Below the pieces are notes generated by a model, which did no database searches, was not told the origin of the DNA, and was given only the letters and a program-made list of their open reading frames with translations. A stretch of DNA of 64,000 nucleotides from positions 104,842,001 through 104,906,000 of the forward strand of contig NC_043005.1 of the NCBI RefSeq assembly GCF_006345805.1, in the 5' to 3' direction. The stretch comes from Octopus sinensis (lineage: Eukaryota). Shown piece by piece: positions 55,191 to 64,000 of the stretch. How positions within the stretch are numbered: position 1 is the stretch's first letter; the number at the start of each line of letters is the position of its first letter. Made by a program: the position numbers and the translations under genes.

Positions 55191-55679
55191 AATACTATAA
55201 TCATAAATGATTATATATTGAATTTTGAGATACCAGAAGGCACCAACTCAACTCAGTATCAGAGCGAGCTAGAATCCGCAACTGGTATCACCGAATTCAA
55301 TTTGTGAATGAAACGATTGTGTCAACAGCCCCTTCCCACCCGCGTGTAGCCAAAACAAGATGCTGTGGTCATCTACTGAGATAAAATATGGTTATCCGTA
55401 ATAATGAAGGTGAAATTAATTAATTTGGAAAAATTATCAATTACACCAAGTAGTCTTCGGCATGTAAAAGCCTCATTCGAGGAAAATTAAGTAATACTAA
55501 GCAATAAGGGTTTAGCAACGAGTTGCCTTACATACCGAATTTAGAAATAGCAGTCAAAGGGTTATAGCTATTTCTTCTACTAAAAAGGGAGATCTCAGTA
55601 AAAACAGCATTTGGAAGGCAGACACAAACAGGTAAGAGAGAATGAATGACTGCAATCTATCATACATTTTTTTAGTTAT

Positions 55680-55786
55680 CCACGGACGTACGTTTCGAAA
55701 TCAAGTTTTTAGGAAAGCATATAAGAATTAAATATTAAATATTAAATAATTCTATCTTACCGAAACTTCTTTTCTCTTCAGCGTAG
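55680..55786 (-). ncRNA. Type I hammerhead ribozyme with complete core
   Basis: As 55088-55190; the indels fall within stem II and its loop. Confidence 0.85.
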
Positions 55787-56245
55787 AATACTATAATCAT
55801 AAATGATTATATATTGAATTTTGAGATACCAGAAGGCACCAACTCAACTCAGCATCAGAGCGAGCTAGAATCCGCAACTGGTATCACCGAATTCAATTTG
55901 TGAATGAAACGATTGTGTCAACAGCCCCTTCCCACCCGCGTGTAGCCAAAACAAGATGCTGTGGTCATCTACTGAGATAAAATATGGTTATCCGTAATAA
56001 TGAAGGGTGAAATTAATTAATTTGGAAAAATTATCAATTTTTACTGAGATCTCCCTTTTTAGTAGAAGAAATAGCTATAACCCTTTGACTGCTATTTATA
56101 AATTCGGTATGTGGTAAGGCAACTCGTTGCTAAACCCTTATTGCTTAGTATTACTTAAATTTTCCTCGAATGAGGCTTTTACATGCCGAAGACTACTTGG
56201 TGTAATTGATAAATTTTCCAAATTAATTATTTCACCCTTCATTAT

Positions 56246-56286
<41 letters not shown>

Positions 56287-56465
56287 ATATAATATATATA
56301 TTATGATATATATATACGATGGACTCTGCTTCTTTCGGTTTCCGTTTTCCAAATCCACTCACAAGGCTTTGGTCGGCTCGAGGTTATAGTTTTGCAACCT
56401 TTTCAAGACTATTGAAAAGGCTGCAAATGCAACGAAAATTTTAGGAAAAAAAAAAAGAAATAAGA

Positions 56466-56931
56466 GGTTGTGTGGTAAGTAGCTGCTTACCAACCACATG
56501 GTTCCAGGTTCAGTCCCACTGCGTGGCACCTTGGGAAGTAAGTATTTCTACTATAGCCTCGGGCCAACCAAAGCCTTGTGAGTGGGGTTGGTAGACCGGA
56601 AACTGAAAGAAGCCCGTCGTATATATTAGTGTAATATATATAATATATATAATATATATATCGCCATGTTGATTCGTTAGCTACTGCACGCATTTTTTTT
56701 CTCTCCTTCTTTCTGTGTTTTTCTCTCTCTGTGTATCTTTCTGTTGAAGAGCGTAGGCTCGAAACGTTAAAGACTTGTTTTATTTATATTTCCTGAGCGC
56801 CATACTAATACAATTGTTCGTTTGTTTTCCACCTGCCTTCGTCTTTTGTTTATTTTCATAAAGCTTCCCGTTATATATATATATATATATATATTGTGTG
56901 TGTGTGTGTGTGTTGTGTGTGTATGTGTGTG

Positions 56932-56964
<33 letters not shown>

Positions 56965-57140
56965 GTGTGTGTTTCTGTGTGGTTGTGTGTCAGTGTTTGT
57001 TCTTCCTAACATCGCTTGACAACCGATACTGGTGTGTTTACGTTCCCGTAACTTAGAGGTTCGGTTAAAAGAAACCGATAGAATAAGTACTAGGCTTACA
57101 AAGAATAAGTCCTGGGGTCGATCTGTTCGACTAAAAGGTG
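56466..57140 (+). mobile_element. SINE family A interrupted in its internal (TA)n by the 56661-56870 hammerhead element
   Basis: Head ~56466-56625; 3' half ~57000-57140. Confidence 0.85.
56736..56773 (+). ncRNA. Variant minimal hammerhead (A6U) inside a ~210-bp element (56661-56870)
   Basis: tcttt CTGTTGA a gagc gtag gctc GAAA CGTT aaaga. Confidence 0.65.
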
Positions 57141-57149
57141 GTAACAAAC

Positions 57150-57510
57150 GTAAAGACGAATGCAGTTTCAACAAAATCTGTGGGATAAGGAATGTAGTGT
57201 ACAAATGTGAGATGAAGGCAAATGCGCAGAAATATATGTGCATTGTTAGTATCGCAGATACCATGAAAAATCGACTGTAAAACCATCTCTCGTCGCTTTC
57301 CAATATAAATGAAAGACAGTCCACGGCTCTGTTGAACCTCGTCTGGAGACTAAAATAGAATGCGCCATATAACGGATCTTCGCGGGTGTGCAACATGTTT
57401 TGAAGAAACCCTGGAAATAATCACATCTAGAGAAAAGGTGATAAATAGACACTCTGAGAGCGTTATATCATGTAAGCAAAGGAAAAGGAACAAAATATCA
57501 TTCATGGAAT
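57150..57510 (+). mobile_element. Penelope-like element GIY-YIG endonuclease relic
   Basis: C...IC..RNVVYKC.....KY.....DTMKNRL*NHLSS.....QSTAL.NLVWRLK, then CATCFEE.LEII....VINRHSE.VISCK.RK, which matches the PLE pattern C.LCL.EK..I...LN.RSE....CRH. Contains stops and a frameshift. Confidence 0.75.
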
Positions 57511-57583
57511 TTGAAAAAGATATTTTGAAACAAAGTAACAAATTATAAAACAGTGAAGGAATCCCAACTAATAAACGAACATA

Positions 57584-57993
57584 GACACAGGAGTGGGTGT
57601 GTGGTAAGTAGCTTGTTTACCAGCCACATGGTTCCGGGTTCAGTCCCACTGCGTGGCACCTTGGGCAAGTGTCTTCTACTATAGCCTCGGGCCGACCAAA
57701 GCCTTGTGAGTGGATTTGGTAGACGGAAACTGAAAGAAGCCCGTCGTATATATGTATATTTATATATATATGCGTGTGTGTGTTTGTGTGTCTGTGTTTG
57801 TCCCCCTGGCGTTGCTTGACAACTGATGCTGGTGTGTTTGTGTCCCCGTTACTTAGCGGTTCGGCAGGGGAGACCGATGGAATAGGTACTGGGCTTACAA
57901 AAGAGTAAGTCCCGGGGTCGAGTTGCTCGATTAAAAGGCGGTGCTCCAGCATGGCCGCAGTCAAATTACTGAAACAAGTGAAAGAGTAAAGAG
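57584..57993 (+). mobile_element. Full-length SINE family A
   Basis: Matches 15793-16200. Confidence 0.93.
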
Positions 57994-58362
57994 TATACCA
58001 ATGTTTAAGATGATATAAGAGAAAGAGTGCAAAAATCATCATAAGAGGGTAATATTGGTCAATCCGGTCAACAAATCCGACTGTATCGCAGCTGACCACC
58101 TCTTTGGCTCAGAGTTTATTGAGAAGAGTCACGTCTTGAATGAAACAGAACAAAGAATTGTACAACCATCCTTAAATCTGCTGAATGAGTGACCATTCTT
58201 TATATCTGTAGAAGAAGCAGCAAATAAATCCAGCACCATCACACACACACCTCCATTCCCATATTACTACCATTCCTTCCTCTACTCCCATCACCTACCT
58301 CCCCCACCAGTACACATGTATGTATGTATATAAATAAAACTATATAATATATATATAAATAA

Positions 58363-58412
<50 letters not shown>

Positions 58413-58454
58413 TACACACAGAGATAGAGCCAACATTAAATTAGTCCCCAACTT

Positions 58455-58865
58455 GAGTTTTTGAAAATCCAACGATTTCGTAGGTGCTGATCGAGGAAGT
58501 TTCTTACACGTTTGTCATAATGAGGTGCTCCATTTTGCACAAAGATTATGGAATGACGGCATCAAAATTATGGCCAGATGATGTTTCCACACAACGTCGG
58601 GTAACGATCACCATTCATCGTCTCTCGTTGAATATGGAATGCACAAATTCCTGAAGACGATATCGCCGCCCAAATGACAAGAGAAGGTGAATTGACGTGC
58701 TTTTCCCAAACCCCTTCAGAATCATCTTCTGAGTAACAGAAGCAGTTATGGCGTTTGATGTGGCAGGAAACATAGAAGGCTGCTTCGTCAGAGAAAGTGA
58801 GTCGATCAGGAAATCTCTGGCTTCTACCAGCATTCTCTCACAAAATTCGACGCGTCGAATAATCA
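58455..58865 (-). mobile_element. Tc1/mariner-superfamily transposase catalytic-domain relic (maT/DD37D-like)
   Basis: RRVEFCE, FSDEAAFYVS, VIWAAISSSGI, VQNGAPHY...VRNFLDQH..NRWI. Frameshifted. Confidence 0.85.
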
Positions 58866-59324
58866 ATGACATATAGAAATAATAACAGTATGCCTCAAGA
58901 AACTACAGAACTAATGGACACATATAATTGGGACACACACGTGTGTGTGTGTGTTTATTAGGCTATTTACCTTAGTCAATGCATGGTGATCACTTACAAG
59001 CTTTAAGCGTATAAGATACTATTATTATTAATATCTATGTGTGTGTGTACGCGCGCAAGGATACAATAATCATAAAACTACCTGTGTTTGTGAAAGGTTA
59101 AAGAGTAACGAAGCCTGGTATCGTCTTCATAGGAATGGGTATTGTGGAGGTTGCAACTATATCGTTAAACTAAATGAAGATGCGTGTTGGTTCAAATGGG
59201 ACCTAGTGGTAAACCAAATGAGAGAGAGGGAACATCAGACGGGGCATACACGCCACGACAGAGCGATTAGAAACATACATACCATAGTAATGTTATTTCA
59301 TTTTAAAATGAAATCCTTTTATAG

Positions 59325-59408
59325 ACTCAATAGATGAAGAAGCGGAAAGAGCTGGATATGATAGTAGAATTCCAAATTCAATGTATTTAGGAATTAAATA
59401 TGATGGAG
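59325..59408 (+). CDS. Candidate 84-nt symmetric (phase 1-1) exon, (D)SIDEEAERAGYDSRIPNSMYLGIKYDG
   Basis: ccttttatag| acceptor, GAG|gtaagg donor, open frame, length divisible by 3. No homolog recognised. Confidence 0.4.
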
Positions 59409-59571
59409 GTAAGGTTTCCCTAATGAGGTCAGAACTGAAAGGAACATCCTCAGCGTTGTCTCCTGTACCTGCCAGGACACAGAAATAACATTAGTCCTTG
59501 GCTAATGTCGTCTTTTCAGGCACCGAATATTCATTTCTATGTAGTATTTCAATGGTATTTGCGTTAAATAG

Positions 59572-59803
59572 GGCGGCGAGCTAGCAGAAACGTTAGCACG
59601 CCGGGCGAAATGCGTAGCCGTATTTCGTCTGCCGTTACGTTCTGAGTTCAAATTCCGCCGAGGTCGACTTTGCCTTTCATCCTTTTGAGGTCGATAAATT
59701 AAGTACCAGTTACGCACTGGGGTCGATGTAATCGACTTAATCTGTTTGTCTGTCCTTGTTTGTCTTCTCTGTGTTTAGCCCCTTGTGGGTAGTAAAGAAA
59801 TAG
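59572..59803 (+). mobile_element. Full-length SINE family B with 16-bp TSD
   Basis: ggtatttgcgttaaat at 59554-59569 and 59803-59818. Confidence 0.96.
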
Positions 59804-60230
59804 GTATTTGCGTTAAATGTGTTTACTTTTGCACACCTAATTACTATTTAGTTAATAATTTGATCTTTGCATTTTGAGTTCAAATACTGGCAAAGTCATA
59901 TTGAAGTTTCTTCATAGAAAGGCCATATACAACGAAAACAATAGGAGTTGATTAAATCAGTTTTATCGGTTTCCTTGAACACATTGGCCTTGTTCCTACT
60001 AAAATGAAATCAATAAGAAATATAAGCAGATAATTTTGGCAATTTATTAGATAAGAAAATTTTAAGATCTTTAATTGAACGCTAATTGCATTTATGAGTT
60101 CAGTATATGTTTATAAATCTATATATCTATATACTTGTAAATACTGATACCTGTGTGCGTGTGTGTGTCTGTGTGCGTGTGTGTCTGTGTGCGTGTGTGT
60201 GCGTGTGTGTGTCTGGGTGTGTGTATGTGG

Positions 60231-60264
<34 letters not shown>

Positions 60265-60560
60265 ATGCATACATACACATGTGCGTATATGTGTATGTGA
60301 GCGTTTGTGTGAATAAAAGAAACCTCTACAATGCAAATTTGGCACTTTCGTAGCTTTCTTGATTCAAATACAAATTTGCAATGCTTCAAACATATTTTCG
60401 TTCTCTCCCTCCCTCTCTCTCTCTCTCTCTCTCTCACTCTCTCTCTCTCTCTCTCTCTCTCTCGAAATAAATAAAAGAAATAAAGAAAACCATACACATA
60501 GAGAGGCAGACAGAGAGACAGATAGATAAAGAGATAGTTTCAAAGATATATACATATATA

Positions 60561-60606
<46 letters not shown>

Positions 60607-61297
60607 CTGTGAACTAAATCCCTATACTTTGCATGTGTGTGTGTGTATATATATATATATAATATATATATATATTATATATATATATATATAAATGTGT
60701 GTGTACAGATAGATAGAATGATAAGCAGAAGTGATCGATAGATAGAAACATAAATAACTATACAAACATCTTTAGATGATGATGCTTTTGAAAGATGAAC
60801 TCGAAAATAAACGGATATATTCAAACTATTTGGGTTTCGGCGACTGATTGCTGTTTATAGTAAATTCCAGAGATATGAAGAATCACTTTATTTGACTAGT
60901 ATTTTCGGAGTGACAAAATGTTAAAAGAGGTTCTCAATTGACCAACCAAACTTCACAACTATACTGTTGTATGGCATTGCATTCAACCTAATCGAATAAA
61001 TATAAATCTTGATATTAACGCTGATCAAATTCCTTAATTCAACACAGGACTAAAATCATCTTGACTACGAAAAAATATAGCTAATGTACTAAAAGAGAAA
61101 GAAAGAAAATAAACGATAAAACAAGGAACTACAGTAGAGTTCGTTGATTACCAGCGTTGCTTGACATCCATCCACTACGCAACTGCGCCAAACACGGGTT
61201 GGAACTTAAACACTTAGTTGCCTTTACATTCATATAACCGATGACAAGCGTGTATTGAACACTTCGCTTCTTGCACTCGTTAGCCCCAATGCATTCA

Positions 61298-61378
<81 letters not shown>

Positions 61379-61413
61379 CATCTATGTATCTGTCTGTCTG
61401 TCTATCTATCTAA

Positions 61414-61454
<41 letters not shown>

Positions 61455-61531
61455 TAACAATATAATAAATAAAATATATGGGTATATACATACATATATG
61501 TACGTACTTACATCTACATGTATATATACAA

Positions 61532-61568
<37 letters not shown>

Positions 61569-62139
61569 TATAGGACACCACAAATAAACGTAGAACACAA
61601 CGTGAAACGAACACATAAAATCAAACAAGGAAACGGACTTTTTTTATCAACGAAAAAACAGAGTACAGGACAAACAATACCAGGAAAATTCCCCTTCATC
61701 AGCTGCCCCTGGTTCGACTCAATGCATGTTTCGAAGGTAAGGGCAGAACACGGCCTGGCCAAAGAAGTCCTTCCTGCAAAAGGAATTAAATAAATTTCTT
61801 TTGCAGAAGGGTAAAACAAGTGACAAGAACAGGACGTAAAAGCAATACAAATGAAGAAAAAATAGTAGACGGTGGAAAAATTAGTTAGAACACATGTGAA
61901 AAATCGGTTTGCGAAAGACAGGGAAGTCGATCTATGCATGTTGAAGGCACGGAGCTGAAAGAAAGTTTTTAGTAGCGCTCTGGTCAAAGCCAGAGAGAGG
62001 AGGAGGAGGAGAGAGAGAGAGAGAGGGGGAAGAAACCAGAAAGGGTGAAAAATAAGAAGGAGAGAGACAAGTAGAGAGGAAGACAGACAGGCAGGGAGGA
62101 AAGTCAAGTAAAGAGTAAGAGTGCGCGTCATGATTATTC

Positions 62140-62291
62140 AAATAAAAACTTACTTGGAGAAGAGAAGCGACGCGTGCGTTCGGTCATATAATAACAATAT
62201 AATAAATAAATAAAATATATTATTTTTATTATATTGTTATTATATGATCGAACGCACGCGTCGTTTCTCTTCTCCAAGTAAGTTTTTATTT
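62140..62291. repeat. ~70-bp-arm near-perfect inverted repeat (fold-back)
   Basis: aaataaaaacttacttggagaagagaagcgacgcgtgcgttcggtcatataataacaatataataaa pairs with its reverse complement with two G/A differences. Confidence 0.95.
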
Positions 62292-62399
62292 ATATATACA
62301 TATATATATATATTAATATATATAGATGTACATATATATATATTCCTCTCTCTCACTCTCTTACACACATTTAAACAGGTACATACGCTACATTACAAA

Positions 62400-63385
62400 T
62401 GCATACATTGTTGTCCCCACCATCACTTGATAACCGACGTTTGTGTGTTTACTTTCCCGTAACTTAGCGGTTCGGCAGAGTGACCGATAGGTTAAGTACT
62501 ATGCTTACAAAGAATAAGTCTTGGGGTCAATTTGTTCGACTAAAGGCGGTGCTCCAGCATGGCCGCAGTCAAAATGACTGAAACAAATAAAAGAATAAAA
62601 GAATACATGTGTATGTATGTATGTATGTATGTATGTATGCATGCATATATGTGTGTCTGTGTTTGTCCCACTACTATCAGTTGTCAACCGACGTTGATGT
62701 GTTTACACCCCTGTAACTTAGCGGTTTGGCAAAAGAGACCGATTGAATAAGTACTAGGCATACAAAGAATAAGTCCCAGGATATATTTTTTCGACTAAGG
62801 GCGGTGCCCCTGTAACAAGTAAAAGAATAAAAGAATATATATATATATATATATACGCGTGTATATGCACACATGTATATATATGGAGAGAAACAAATGT
62901 ATATTATTGAGTGTTGTTTTACTTAATGTAAATTGAAACCTCCACCAACTGTTTCTCCGAGTTTCATGCTTCTGATCATTGAACGGCAGTAAATAATTAT
63001 GTGTGTACAACCGGTGTGCTGTACCTTGGGCAAGTCTAATCTGTTGTAAACCTCGGGCAACCAATGATTTGTGAGTGAATTGAGAAGACGAAACTGTACG
63101 GAATCCCGTTGTATATATATATATGTGTGTGTGTGTGAGTGTATATGCATGCGTGTGTGTGTGTTCGCGCGCGTGTATCTTTGTGCTTATGTTTTTTCCT
63201 AGTCCGTCGCTTGACAAGTGGCGTTGCTTTGTTTACGTCCTCGTAACCTAGCAGTTCGGCCAAATTGACGGAAAGAATATGTATCAGACTTTCAAATAAG
63301 TACTAGGGTTGATTTGTTCGACTAAAACCTCTGAGGTGCCCCAGCATGGCCACTAGCCTTTGACTAAAACAAGTTAAAGATAAAG
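62400..63385 (+). mobile_element. Cluster of SINE family A pieces (62400-62605, 62655-62835, 63005-63385)
   Basis: Repeated gtaacttagcggtt.ggca...aagtact...ttcgactaa.ggcggtgc.cc blocks. Confidence 0.85.
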
Positions 63386-63406
63386 AAAGGATATATGATA
63401 TCCTGC

Positions 63407-63469
<63 letters not shown>

Positions 63470-64000
63470 TATGTGTGTGTGTGTGTGTATAAAACCACAA
63501 ACATCTTTCAATCTAACAATTTAAATTTAGGTCCTGATTGGCATCTGGGGTGGAAAGAGGGTATATTCTTCAATTTTGCATGTTGGCGTTTCGGTGACTA
63601 AGTGTATAATATTTTTCTGCTTTTTTTTTGTTCTGTTTTCCCTTTTTTTTTTTATTTGTTAGAGAACATATGGACATTCAAAAAATCTTTATCTGATGTA
63701 AAATATATGTAATAAAAATGTTAAAATTTATAAGGATATGTGACAAAAGGTCAAATGCCACAAAAATCTATGAATTTATATTCTTATAAATTTATAATTT
63801 TTTATTACTTATTTTTATAACACATATATTTTATCAGATAAAAACAGTTTTTAAATGCTCGTAAGCACTTTCGCAAAACGGCAGCAATATATGCACCCGA
63901 ATACTCCTATGCAGATTACAAGAATATGACACTTTTCCACCCCAGCATCCAATCAGAACCCAGCACTATATTCACACATTTCCGGTGCTTTTATGCAAGA

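Larger units (their letters stand above)
54895..56247 (-). mobile_element. Tandem 592-nt hammerhead-bearing unit: ~1.9 copies on minus (54895-56038) plus an inverted plus-strand segment (56039-56247), embedded in (TA)n
   Basis: Reverse complement of the 14.2-14.9 kb unit; cleavage positions 55092/93 and 55684/85. Confidence 0.88.

Noticed and set aside
61690-61745. Possible permuted hammerhead on the minus strand (GAAAC before CTGATGA)
   Set aside because: U16.1 is missing, there is no convincing stem I hairpin, and stem II pairs out of register.

Overview
AT-rich eukaryotic DNA, very dense in repeats. The (TA)n/(CA)n/(TATG)n/(TATC)n load and the SINE families look like an Octopus (coleoid cephalopod) genome; this is inferred from recognition, not a search. 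There is one 100-N gap at 29277-29376. I see no rRNA, CRISPR array or authentic tRNA gene. No host protein-coding gene can be named; only a few weak micro-exon candidates exist. Nearly all ORFs in the supplied track are microsatellite translations. Recognisable content: two to three tRNA-derived SINE families, decayed LINEs (R4/Dong-like, RTE, Tx1-like), two Tc1/mariner relics, a Helitron-like non-autonomous element and a Penelope-like (PLE) GIY-YIG relic. The main result is a dense set of type I hammerhead ribozyme (HHR) motifs with short palindromic stem III, from several unrelated carrier families. The clearest is a ~593-nt unit found in tandem at two loci (14.2-14.9 kb, plus strand; 54.9-56.2 kb, minus strand), with an intact HHR at each complete unit junction, which is the architecture of a non-LTR retrozyme. 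A second is a tRNA-headed (Pol III) HHR element with a fold-back and a 13-bp target-site duplication (TSD) at 51.96-52.31 kb. All RNA structures were paired by eye; none was computed or tested.
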